This document shows, piece after piece, positions 37,986 to 64,000 of a stretch of DNA of 64,000 nucleotides. The stretch is from Macrostomum lignano (taxonomy: Eukaryota), in contig NIVC01001263.1 of assembly GCA_002269645.1 (NCBI GenBank), forward strand, positions 248,001-312,000, written 5' to 3'. A program made the position numbers and the translations under genes. Numbering within the stretch: position 1 is the stretch's first letter; each line of letters opens with the position of its first letter. The notes under the pieces were generated by a model. That model was not told the DNA's origin. It ran no database searches and saw only the letters and a program-made list of their open reading frames with translations.

Positions 37986-38390
37986 ATGACTATTCAAGTT
38001 CAGGATTCTGTCATGAATATTTTAAAGAGCATGATTGAGTCTGACCAGCAATTTGTTAGCACAGAACTGCCCATGTTTACTACCGAATCCGAACCAACAT
38101 CAACAACGGTACTGCCCCGATTTGGGCCTAACGCCACGTCGACATCAGCTATCTTCTTGGTGACATCGGAATTCAACACTGCGAGCGACATCGCTTTTGC
38201 TGTTTCAGCTGCTCTAATCGTCCTGGTGATTGTAGCAGCGGTTCTAATCCTATTTTGGCGTCGCAGTACTCGACGGACGAACTCTGCTGAGAGGACAAAT
38301 CGTGCTCCTTCCAATCTGATTGTCCGACAGAATCCCAACAGCCCAGACTGCACTGAAGCAGAGGACTGCCAGCTTGAAAGTTTTGTGTGA
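37986..38390 (+). CDS. Putative single-pass membrane protein (Ser/Thr-rich stalk, TM helix, basic stop-transfer, C-terminal ESFV); the true start or upstream exons are uncertain
   Basis: 134-codon non-repetitive ORF with hydrophobic segment IAFAVSAALIVLVIVAAVLILFW followed by RRSTRR, then an AT-rich 3'UTR-like region. Confidence 0.55.
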   Translation: MTIQVQDSVMNILKSMIESDQQFVSTELPMFTTESEPTSTTVLPRFGPNATSTSAIFLVTSEFNTASDIAFAVSAALIVLVIVAAVLILFWRRSTRRTNSAERTNRAPSNLIVRQNPNSPDCTEAEDCQLESFV

Positions 38391-39439
38391 CAACTCAGCA
38401 ATGATTTTGCATTTACTATTGCTGACTTAGTTTCATGTTGCCATATTCTATCTAGATAAGCTATAGGCATGGTTATTTTATATACTAGCATGTGGTACAC
38501 CTATGTCTTTGCTTACATTTTTATCAACTGCTTTTGTCTTCTACTCACCCTTTTGATCAAAGAAATTCATTTTTATTAATCAAATACAGATTTAACTATG
38601 CACTGGGGTAGTGGATTATATAAGGCCTCTCATATTTCAATTTCAAGGCCTTAGTTTAGGTTTCAGCAATGTCATTATATTCTGATTTTTTTAATCATTG
38701 TTATTCAGATAGGTGTTATTATATTTTTATTTATTTTCTGTATGATTATAATTCAATTTATCTTTTTATCCAATGCTGTAGTGCAGGCGCTACATATTTG
38801 AGTTTTTTTGTTTTGTGGCAATCTTTTTTAAAGTAACATTGTTTTACATTTTTCCTAATTCAATTAATAATTCTATTATAAATTATAATTTATAGGGTTC
38901 AAAAAATGTGTATGCAAATTCTACTGATGCTCTGTATGTTTTAGTTGTTGTTTTATCTGCTATTTAAAGTTGATTAAACAATTAACATCTGTATTATCCT
39001 GATTATTTGCTTTTAAATAAACATGAATGTTTGATTGTTATTATTAACTATTAAGCATTGGTATTCAAGCCCATGATTTTCTGATGCTGTGTTTGAAATT
39101 TTTATGCACAGATACTTAAAAGTTTTTGTTTGTTTCATTTTATTTAAACTGACCTGGCAAATCATTGTTGAATGAGTTTTAAGCTGAATTTCTCAAAAAC
39201 AACTTACCAGATTGCTTAAGCTTATCATTTTTATTTTTCTATATCTGAAAACCATAAGACTACTGGCTATTCACATACAGTAGTATAACTGTGCTCATTA
39301 AAAACTTTTGTTGTTTTAATCTATACAGCGTTAGGCTATTCACGTGAAGTGTATCTTCTCCTGTTTAATACTCATGATGGCATTTAAACATCATTTATTT
39401 TCATTCTGGGTTTGTATAGGAATTTTTCTTTTTGCATGG

Positions 39440-40385
39440 GCAGGTGCTGGTGTACATGGAAATCTCTCTCTTTGGGCAAGCGCCGCCATGTTGTGTACAT
39501 AGAATCTCTCTCATTGGACAGGCGTTGATGTACATAGAATCTCTCTCATTGGACAGGCGTTGATGTACATAGAATCTCTCTCATTGGACAGGCGTTGATG
39601 TACATAGAATCTCTCTCATTGGACAGGCGTTGATGTACATAGAATCTCTCTCATTGGACAGGCGTTGATGTACATAGAATCTCTCTCATTGGACAGGCGT
39701 TGATGTACATTGAAATCTCTCTCTTAGGACAGGCGTTGATGTACATTGAAATCTCTCTCTTAGGACAGGCGTTGATGTACATTGAAATCTCTCTCTTAGG
39801 ACAGGCGTTGATGTACATTGAAATCTCTCTCTTAGGACAGGCGTTGTGTACATACAAATCACTCTCATTGGACAGGCGTTGATGTACATTGAAATCTCTC
39901 TCTTAGGGCAGGCGTTGTGTACATACAAATCACTCTCATTGGACAGGCGTTGATGTGCATAGAAATCTCTCTCTTAGGACAGGCGTTGATGTACATAGAA
40001 TCTCTCTCATTGGACAGGCGTTGATGTACATTGAAATCTCTCTCTTAGGACAGGCGTTGATGTACATTGAAATCTCTCTCTTAGGACAGGCGTTGTGTAC
40101 ATACAAATCACTCTCATTGGACAGGCGTTGATGTACATTGAAATCTCTCTCTTAGGGCAGGCGTTGTGTACATACAAATCACTCTCATTGGACAGGCGTT
40201 GATGTACATTGAAATCTCTCTCTTAGGGCAGGCGTTGTGTACATACAAATCACTCTCATTGGACAGGCGTTGATGTACATTGAAATCTCTCTCTTAGGGC
40301 AGGCGTTGTGTACATACAAATCACTCTCATTGGACAGGCGTTGATGTACATTGAAATCTCTCTCTTAAGGCAGGCGTTGTGTACA
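39440..40385. repeat. 35-36-bp minisatellite with two or three unit variants (CAGGCGTTGATGTACAT...ATCTCTCTC...GGA)
   Basis: Direct reading. Confidence 0.95.
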
Positions 40386-40737
40386 TGTACTTCAGTATAT
40401 CTCTTTGTCGTATTGTGTGACTTCGTAATTGTGCACAGTATAATCAATTGTTCTTATTGACTTGACTGACAATTTCTTCATTTGAGCAGTGTGAGCCGTC
40501 CTCTTGCACCTGAATGGCATTCAGAATAAAAAAGAATCTCGCTGTGCTGCATCTGCAGGCGCCCTTCTGAGTTATCCATATAATAGATTATTCTCATTCA
40601 TACAGATTCCCCTCTCTAGATCCCTAAGGATGTCATTCCGTTTGCATTAGCTGCTGGTGTCAGGGACACAAGTTACTTTTGTGAGGCTCGTAAATGGATC
40701 GACGATTTGAATCGACGATAGCCTCCAGCCTAGTGAA

Positions 40738-41037
40738 GGGGATGAAAGGACAATAAAGGGGATGGGAGGATAATGAAGGGGACGGGAGGACAATGAAGGG
40801 GATGGGAGGATAATGAAGGGGACGGGAGGACAATGAAGGGGATGGGAGGACAATAAAGCGGATGGGAGGACAATGAAAGGGATGGGAGGACAATAAAGCG
40901 GATGGGAGGACAATGAAGGGGATGGGAGGACAATGAAGGGGATGGGAGGACAATGAAGGGGATGGGAGGACAATGAAGCGGATGGGAGGACAATGAAGAG
41001 GATGGGAGGACAATGAAGAGGATGGGAGGACAATGAA
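40738..41037. repeat. 20-bp minisatellite GATGGGAGGACAATGAAGGG
   Basis: Direct reading. Confidence 0.95.
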
Positions 41038-41380
41038 GATTCTCAGAAAAAGGAACGTTTGAGAAGATAATGAACGAAATACGAGGTCAAACTACGGGGC
41101 TGGGGGGTCAGAGTCGGGTTGTATGGAAACACGTGAAATGAGCACTTTCTGGTGAGTGAGGGAGAGGCGAGATAAAAAAACTGAAAATCAGGAATCTTAC
41201 ATAAAAATGAAATTGAATTGCTCATACTAATTGAAGCGGAGAGGGCAGAGGCCGTAAAGTGGCGGAGAGACAGACAGGTAATTGGAGTGAAGAAGGCGGC
41301 CCAGCTGCTCTGTGATTGGCGGAGCACCTGAGCAATGGCTGAGTAGCTCTCTGAGCAGTCAGTTTAATTACTTAAGCTGC

Positions 41381-54694
<13,314 letters not shown>

Positions 54695-55052
54695 CCGCCG
54701 CCTGGAGGTGAACAGGTCGAATGTGATTATCGACGCTAAAAGCTAGAGACTTGTCTTAGAAAATATTTGTAGAAAAAATACTTTGATGTATAAAAAATGT
54801 TTTCAGTGTTTTTGTTTGTCCGTCTAGTCCACTCCGATAATTGTTTTGTACTTGTTGTCTAGGAAATTTCTCACAAAGCTAAGAAAATACGCTGCGCGAA
54901 TATACTACTAACAGTATGCATAATGAATCTATTTGTGTACAATTATAGCTTCACGATATTTCTGTTTAAACAAAATTTAATCAAGTTTTTGTGCTTGAGA
55001 TCGTCGAGTTTTATTTATATGTCGAGTTTTATATATCGTCGCGTTTCGAACA

Positions 55053-55667
55053 CAGTTGCTACCCAAATCAGTTGCTACCAAATCAGTTGCTACCCAAATC
55101 AGTTGCTACCCAAATCAGTTGCTACCCAAATCAGTTGCTACCCAAATCAGTTGCTACCCAAATCAGTTGCTACCCAAATCAGTTGCTACCCAAATCAGTT
55201 GCTACCCAAATCAGTTGCTACCCAAATCAGTTGCTACCCAAATCAGTTGCTACCCAAATCAGTTGCTACCCAAATCAGTTGCTACCCAAATCAGTTGCTA
55301 CCCAAATCAGTTGCTACCCAAATCAGTTGCTACCCAAATCAGTTGCTACCCAAATCAGTTGCTACCCAAATCAGTTGCTACCCAAATCAGTTGCTACCCA
55401 AATCAGTTGCTACCCAAATCAGTTGCTACCCAAATCAGTTGCTACCCAAATCAGTTGCTACCCAAATCAGTTGCTACCCAAATCAGTTGCTACCCAAATC
55501 AGTTGCTACCCAAATCAGTTGCTACCCAAATCAGTTGCTACCCAAATCAGTTGCTACCCAAATCAGTTGCTACCCAAATCAGTTGCTACCCAAATCAGTT
55601 GCTACCCAAATCAGTTGCTACCCAAATCAGTTGCTACCCAAATCAGTTGCTACCCAAATCAGTTGCT
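55053..55667. repeat. Near-perfect 16-bp minisatellite CAGTTGCTACCCAAAT (~38 copies)
   Basis: Period of 16 measured. Confidence 0.97.
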
Positions 55668-56289
55668 TTGATCATTCCATTCAAAAGTTATGCTTGAAAC
55701 CTCGTTAGTCTGATAGAAACATCTTGCTTGTAGTGATCATCAGCACCCTTCAAAGCGGACTTCTCAGCACAGTCTCCACCTGTAGCAACGCACTTCTTCC
55801 ATTGTTTAAGCATCCCGTCAATTGCATCAGCACAGCTTTTGGCGAATTCAAATAAATGAGGCGTGAAGGCGGTGGTTTTTGGTTCTGATCGGTATTACCA
55901 TAAACTATAAATAAAATATGGCCGGTATAATAAAATCATTGTGCGAGTAGACGGGATAAATATAGCTTTTTACCAACCCTTTGGGCCTATATGCAATGCA
56001 TGTAATCCAATGGTAGCAAGGGTGACAACAGCAGCATTAAACTCGATCCAACAACAGGCATTTTGTGATCCGGATGGCCGGAGATCACCCTGCAGCTGAG
56101 TCAAGCAAGTCAACTCAGCGGGGCCATCAGTAGCCACATTGAAAGTTTTGCGTCCACCGCGGCTTTCAGGCCTCAAATAGCGACACGGAAGTCCTGAATG
56201 GCACCGCGTGCGCTCAGACTGTCAGGAGCAGCACATGTGGCTTCTCAGCAGACTCTGTTTGGCTTATCTCAACTGACGGCAGCGGCGAG

Positions 56290-57441
56290 CTATCGATATT
56301 CACCAGCGCTCAGAGTGGGTACCGCCGGGGCCAATCTGTCGTAAGTCCCGCTGTACACTGTTGAGCCGTCGGCATACGTGGGCGACTGTGCAGCACCAAC
56401 CTCATCGTAGATCACCTGATCGGCAACTGGTCCAGCTGGTCCTCCTGGTTGGCTCTGCAATGCACAAATTAGATACACGAAATGACAAAAATATCATAAA
56501 CTGTTTCACATAAGCAAAGGAAGTATTCGACATTGGCCTGTTTGGGACTCTCTACACTGAGCTACGAACTAAAATCGAAGCTTCTCTTTTCTGTCTGCAC
56601 GTTTGGCTTCTCTGCTTCAAAATGATAAAATAGCAAACGAGCCAAGGCGTCACATTCAGTCGAGTAGAGAGCAGTACGCATTACGTCTGTAGCAACTACC
56701 TAAGAACTATAGGCTGGATTCAGACGGCTCTTTGCGCATGCTTTTTAAAAAAATCATTTAACTTTATCACTGATTATCATTGATTACCATATAGCACGAA
56801 TTACCAACCTGACTCGCCATTGAACCCTCCCGGTGAGGCATGTGAGGCAAATTGTTCTGGAAATTGTCCACGCCACTGGTGTAAGCGTCCGGAGGAAGTA
56901 GTGAAGCTCTCTGAGTAGCTCTTCCGGTCTCAACATCGCTAGCTGGTCCTTGGGGATTTGTGCACCGATGGCGATACACAAAGACAACGATGAGCACCAA
57001 TGAAACAGCCAATGAAGCGGCCAGCACAATGATAATTGTTTTATTCGATGGCTGCACTGGCGAATCTGTAGCCGTTTGGTCGGGTCCTCCCGGCGACTCT
57101 CCGGGTGACGCCTTGCTGGTTGCCAACGGAGGCGGTGGGATTACCGACCCGACGGGATCGAGCACGAGCTGGTGTTGCTTTGATCCACCAGGTTGTTCAC
57201 CGGTGCAGCACACTGGGTGATCCCGGCAGATCGCCGAGTAATGCTCGGTGGCCTGATAGTTGTCCTGGCCGGGCGGCTTCGGGCAGGCAACGCAACGGTC
57301 CTGAGTCGCATCGTAGAACTGCTTGAGACCAGGCGGACAGTCGGCTGTTTGAGCATCAACTGATGCGGTCTGCAGAGGCGCCGCGATGGCAAGCAGAATG
57401 CTGATGATGATGATGATGATGCCGTTTAGTCTGAGAGACAT
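56290..57441 (-). CDS. Orphan type I membrane protein, ~265 aa, two exons (57441-56809 and 56454-56290): signal peptide, small Cys-rich domain, Pro-rich stalk, TM helix and Tyr-motif-rich tail
   Basis: Hydrophobic N-terminus, CPPGLKQFYDATQDRCVAC...C...CC, TM IIIVLAASLAVSLVLIVVFVY followed by RHR; a phase-0 CAG|GT...CAG|AGC join gives an open tail ending EYR*. Confidence 0.75.
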
Positions 57442-58080
57442 ATTTGAGCAAGAATGCAAGCGAGATTTTCTGGTTTTCGCATATATGCGAAGGTGTGTCT
57501 TTTCTATTTATGTGACTATATACGAGCAAGAGCTTTTACGACGTAATTACATTCGTACTATTTTTATCTGCTTAATGATGTCAAACTATCTTTTTTACGT
57601 TTGAGTACACTTTTGTACGGAGCTGCCCGTTGTTAATGCAGGGTAAACGCTCGTATGTGCTTTCATTGACGTCATTAATACTGTACAGATTGACGAAATG
57701 GAAAAAACTAAGTTTTTTAAAGAGAATGCTCACAGCAGATTACCATATTAAGAGCTATGTGCTGCCGCCGATTCAAACCGGTTGCATTTTAGCAGAAATG
57801 TGAGTCTAAAGATTACGCAGACGCAAATATCTTAAAACGCGCATTTCAAAGATACGTCTGAGATACTTAAAATAGAAATTACGTACAGTATGTTTTAATG
57901 TGAATCCAGTGCTAAACTGTAAAGCCTAATTTACAATTTTCAACGGGAAATCACACTTTTTTAGCATCAGCACTTAAATATTAAATTTCATATAAGCAAA
58001 ATGGACTGCAAGCCTTCCCATAGCTTCTAGAACAGCATTGCTAAATTCAAGCTAATCGCGGTCCTATCAGTCACAGGGTC

Positions 58081-58351
58081 AAGCTCGTAACGTACCAGGA
58101 TTTTTATCGGGGACATGGGGGTTGCATCGCCATCGCGGGGCGACAGCGAATGGCATCATTGTAGAGGAGCTATTGTGAGGCGCCAAGCTGCGCAAGCACT
58201 AAGAAGCTGTGAAGGGGGCGCCAAACCTGCTGTGAAGGGGGCGCCAAACCTGCTGTGAAGGGGGCGCCAAACCTGCTGTGAAGGGGGCGCCAAACCTGCT
58301 GTGAAGGGGGCGCCAAACCTGCTGTGAAGGGGGCGCCAAACCTGCTGTGAA
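58081..58351 (+). repeat. Left copy of a direct repeat of at least 271 bp flanking the full-length LINE, including 6 x 23-bp units AAGGGGGCGCCAAACCTGCTGTG
   Basis: Identical by eye to 63730-64000. Confidence 0.93.
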
Positions 58352-58765
58352 GGGGGGGCAAACGGCAACTTAAACCGAGGGACTCTGTGACATCCGCCAG
58401 CTTTTCGTTTTTCGAGGAGGCTCTTCCCCCTCCTTTTCGTTCTGGCCTGGCGTGGAAGCGGCTAGCTTCCTCGTCTTGGTCTGCTGGTGGGGGACGGATC
58501 CCCCCTGCTGCTTTTTTTGCGGGGCAGGTGGCTGCTAAGTAGTTGGCTGCTGGCTAAGCGCCAACTACCCATCGACAGCCCTTAGTTGCAACTGGTACCA
58601 CACGGGTTCTCGAGGGCCGCTCTTGTGGGGGAGGGCTCGGGCGTCGGCTGTCAACTCGACCTGGCGCCTGTGTCCCAAGCCCACAGCCGGCCTCCCGCCC
58701 CCTGATCTTGCAGAGTGTGGACCGGGGGCCTGCCGGAGCCTCGCCTGGGAGCAATCCTGGGATAA

Positions 58766-59826
<1,061 letters not shown>

Positions 59827-59827
<1 letters not shown>

Positions 59828-62800
59828 TGCCGTTCCCAACCCCGTGCCAAACTAGGAGCGGGGCGCTGAGGGCGAACCTTAACGGCCAGCCCAATGATGA
59901 CACTGCCACCAGCAACCAAATAAATAATCCGCCGCCGGCGAACCAACCTGTTAACCTGCACATTATTCAGATCAACCTGCACCACGCCCTTGCAGCATCG
60001 AGCAACCTTTCAGGCACCTTTGCCAACAAGGAAGTTGACATCTACCTTATTCAGGAACCGTATACCCGCAAGGGGAAGCCGACCTGCCTGCCGCCAGGCT
60101 ATCAGGTTCTGTACCTCTGCGCGAACGACACCCCCAGGCTATCGCCCTCGTCAAAAACGACCTCCCGGCCACTATTATGCCAATGTTTTGCTCTAAAGAC
60201 ATGTGTACTTTCTCAGTCTTTGACTTGACCTTCGTTTCCGCTTACCTGGACATCCAGGAAGACGTCCCTCCCCCCCTCCTGCAGGAGCTGGCGGACTTCT
60301 GTAATCTCCAGGATCGGAAGCTTATCGTTAGCTGCGATGCTAACGCCCACAACACTGCCTGGTCTAGTAGCGATACTAACAGGCGCGGTGACTTACTAAT
60401 TGATTTCATTAACTCCTCCTCGTTACACATTTGCAACAGAGGCAGCAAACCCACATTTATTGTCTCTAATCGGCGTGAGGTTATCGACCTCACTCTCGTC
60501 TCCAACAACGCCCTCAATCAGGTCCACAGCTGGCTGGTTAGGGATGACCTCCCATCGCTTTCCGACCACTCGTACATTCAGTACAGCATCAGCTCCGTCG
60601 GAGCCCGTCATGAGAACCGGGACCGCCTTAATTTGAAAAAGGCCGACTGGACAGGTTTTCGAAGAGACCTGCTAAAACTCCTGACCGAAGCCAACTTACC
60701 GGACTCCAGCGAGGATCTCCCTGGCATTGAGCATCGGTGCAACTCCATCGTTGAGATCCTAAACACCGCCATACGCGCTAACGCCCCTAAGCTGTTTTGC
60801 AGGAAGAAATACTCTCCTTGGTGGAGTCAAGAGCTCACTCGCATGAAGAAAAACACCCGCCGACTGCAACGCCTCGCAAACGGCTCGAATACTCCAGAGG
60901 ACTGGGAGAACTACCACTCTGCTCTGAGGATGTACAAAAGTACTATCCGAAGGGCTAAGAAGACCACCTGGAAAGCCTACTGCGCCGGCCTGGAAGGGCA
61001 ACACCCCACAGCCCGGCTGGTCAGGACTCTCAGGCACGACACGCTAGCTCAGTGTAACTCCCTTCTGCACCTGGATGGTAACTACACTACCAGTGCCGAA
61101 GGTTCGCTAAATCTTCTTTTCTCCACCTGCTTTCCGCAGGTTGACGAACCGGAGTACGTGGTCGATGACCACAGGCCTTGTGATCACAAGCTTTTCCAGC
61201 AGTGCGCCACCCCCAGCTACTCCAGCTGGCAGCAAATTCTTTTAAACCGTATAAATCGTCTGGCCCTGACAATATCGCCCCCTGTATCCTGCAGGAGGCG
61301 CTAAAGCTGCAAAACTTTGCTGATTCTTTCTCTAAATTGCTTGTTGACTGTTATACCACAGGTTACATTCCCACAATCTGGAGAATGTCCAGAGTCGTGT
61401 TCATCCCGAAACCTGCTAAGGGTGACTACACCAACGTGAAATCCTTCCGGCCCATCAGCCTCACTTCCTTTTGTGTTAAGCTGATGGAGAGGCTCATCCT
61501 GTGGAGGCTTCGAGAGTGCGACCTGCGCTCCGACCCTGTCAGTAAGTACCAGTACGCCTTCCAGTCTGGGAGGACGACTGAGCATGCTCTCCACGCCATT
61601 ACCTCCAAAATTGAGAGTGCCATCCTTAGCAAACAACTCGCTTGCGGGTTGTTCGTTGACTTCGAAGGAGCATTTGACAATGTCCTCTTCCGCTCCTTCA
61701 GAAATTCTCTTTCCCGCAGGAATGTAAGACACAGCATTGTTCGCTGGATTTATTTTATGATCCGCAAAAGGTTTGTGACATCCACACTTATGGGCGTTAC
61801 CCTCACCCGGGCGGTGATGAAAGGCGGCCCGCAAGGTGGCGTGCTAACTCCACTTCTCTGGAATCTCGTCATGGACGAACTTCTAACCGCTGACATTCCC
61901 AGCAGTATCACCAGGGCGGGCTACGCCGATGACGTTGCCGCGGTCGTCAGCGGACCCGACCCCGCCACTCTGCGCAACCTGATGCAGCAATTCGCCGACA
62001 AGGCGGCCGACTGGGCTACACAGCATGGCCTAAAAATCAGCGTCACTAAGACTGTCGCTGTCGTTTTCACCAAGCGCCGTAAGTGGGAGATGAAAAACCT
62101 CACTGTCTATGGCAGAAACATCCCCTTCAAGAAGGAGGTCAAATACCTCGGTGTGACGCTAACGCATGACCTGCGCTGGACGAAGCACCTTGATAACGTC
62201 ATCGGTCGGGCAAAACGCTGCTTTGCCCAGCTGCGCAGAGCCATCGGGCCGACTTGGGGCCTCTCGCCTAGAACGGTCCGTTGGATTTATACCGGCATCA
62301 TCCGGCCCAGTATCACATACGCGAGTCTCATCTGGACTAGCGTGCTGGAGCAGAAGGCCGCCCGTCAGCGGCTGTACCAGCTTCAGGGCAGCATTTGCCG
62401 TGCCATCACAGGTGCGTACCCGTCCACCCCTTACGAGGGGCTGAACACTATCCTTAACCTACCTCCGCTTCACCTATTTATTAGGGCGGAGGCTATGAAG
62501 TCTGCCTCCCGGCTTATCAGAGATAAAACGTTAAATAACGCGCCCTCTGGCTTTATGCCAATGAAAACATTAATCCCGCATATGGACTTTGTCCGCCGCG
62601 ACCTTAACAACATCCACATGGACCTGGGCAATGTGGATAGTCGACCTCCCGCCCTCAACATCAGGAGGGGCTTCAAGACCGCCATCCCTGGCCGAGACAA
62701 CATTCCGCTGGATGTCGGTGTGAACCGGCGCAGCCAGGGCATTCACTGCTTCACCGACGGCTCGCTGTTCAACGGCCGCGCTGGAGCGGGTATTGCCATT

Positions 62801-63643
62801 TTCCACGAGGGTAAGATGCTTCTCCAGGAAAGTCTGCACCTCGGTGAGAACACCTCAGTTTTCCAAGCTGAAATTTGCGCCATCGAGCAGTGTGCCCAGC
62901 AACTGTTTCAGGCGAACATTAATAATTTTGACATTAATTTCTACACTGATAGCCAAGCTGCTATTAAGGCCTTAACCACTGAGAATATCTCCGCTGCTAC
63001 AGTATCTCAATGCCACCGCAGTGTGCAATCTCTCTCAGTCCTTAACAGGATTAGAATTATCTGGACACCTGGTCACAGCAACATCCTGGGCAACGAGCTC
63101 GCAGACTCTCTCGCCAAGGAGGGCAGCAACCCAGACGGCAACCACCGTCTGATGAGGCTACCCACTCCCAGGTCGCAAGTCACCCGCCATATCAACAGGT
63201 GGCTCCATCAGCAGCACCAGCTCCACTGGAACAGCTGCACCGAGTACAGGCAGAGCCGCTCTGCCATGCCTAACCTGAACAGGAAAGTCTCTGATTATCT
63301 GATTTCGCTTAACAGAACCGACCTCAGGGAGATGTGCATGGTCCTAACCGGCCACGGATTCTTCCAGAGACATATATCGTTGCAAACCGGTTGCCCTCCC
63401 ACCTGCCCCTTCTGTGGCATAGGAGAGGAGACCGCGGAGCATCACGTCACCTTCTGCCCTTACTTCAACAAGGCGCGGCACAAATACCTCGGCCACCCCC
63501 AGCGGATGGACGAGCTGACCACCGCGGACAATATCCGAGACCTCCGCGCCTTCGTCCGGGACTCCGACCGGATGAGGGTCGCCGATGCCTCCACTGCGGA
63601 CCTGCCGACTACTGGCGGGGACTGGGCGCACCCCCAAGGCTAA
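59827..63643 (+). CDS. LINE ORF2 polyprotein (APE endonuclease, RT, RNase H, CCHC), ~1272 aa if two -1 discontinuities (~60136 and ~61210-61247) are bridged
   Basis: APE motifs QINL, IQEP, SAY, DANAH, N.G..PTF, IDLT and SDH; RT and RNase H motifs as in the other copy; split over three ORFs (59827-60228, 60177-61304, 61202-63643). Confidence 0.9.
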
Positions 63644-63729
63644 TCCTTGTGCTCTTTTACCTTGGGGTTGCGATAGGGGCCTCGCGGCCTATTCGCGGCG
63701 CCTGCGCCTCCCGTCAGTAGTAAGTAAGT

Positions 63730-64000
63730 AAGCTCGTAACGTACCAGGATTTTTATCGGGGACATGGGGGTTGCATCGCCATCGCGGGGCGACAGCGAAT
63801 GGCATCATTGTAGAGGAGCTATTGTGAGGCGCCAAGCTGCGCAAGCACTAAGAAGCTGTGAAGGGGGCGCCAAACCTGCTGTGAAGGGGGCGCCAAACCT
63901 GCTGTGAAGGGGGCGCCAAACCTGCTGTGAAGGGGGCGCCAAACCTGCTGTGAAGGGGGCGCCAAACCTGCTGTGAAGGGGGCGCCAAACCTGCTGTGAA
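63730..64000 (+). repeat. Right copy of the direct repeat of at least 271 bp (with the 23-bp array), runs off the window end
   Basis: Identical by eye to 58081-58351. Confidence 0.93.

Noticed and set aside
58352-58520. Possible HDV-like ribozyme at the LINE 5' end (G7 at 58352-58358 could pair with C6U at 58500-58506)
   Set aside because: I could not build the P3/L3, P1.1 and P2 elements in the required order, and the C-run has a competing local hairpin. An RNArobo or Infernal search would be needed.

Overview
Eukaryotic genomic window, very rich in repeats. Short GC-rich exons and a minisatellite in almost every intron suggest an invertebrate such as the flatworm Macrostomum; this is inference only. 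Main contents: (1) a minus-strand PCTAIRE kinase gene (CDK16/17/18 group, ~4609-29736) with two apparently alternative first coding exons; (2) a plus-strand 17-exon SLC4A11-like transporter gene (41381-54694); (3) a minus-strand two-exon orphan type I membrane protein with a small Cys-rich ectodomain and a Tyr-motif tail (56290-57441), plus a possible second single-pass protein (37986-38390); (4) two nearly identical copies of an RNase H-containing non-LTR retrotransposon (I/LOA-like, (TAAG)n tail), one 5'-truncated with a 14-bp TSD inside a PCTAIRE intron (19611-22628) and one full length (~58352-63732); (5) about 30 distinct tandem arrays, a palindrome-rich island at 8.2-9.4 kb and a 380-N assembly gap. 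The LINE is the most interesting object. It has a TAATG stop/start overlap between ORF1 and ORF2, a -1 break in ORF2 shared by both copies with an in-frame U_UUA_AAC heptamer, a multi-stem 3' structure in which the one copy-to-copy change preserves pairing, and an identical direct repeat of at least 271 bp flanking the full-length copy. Caveat: a one-base frame discrepancy in the host SLC4A11 gene suggests the assembly may contain single-base deletions, so the frameshift claims need read-level checks. All alignments were done by eye.
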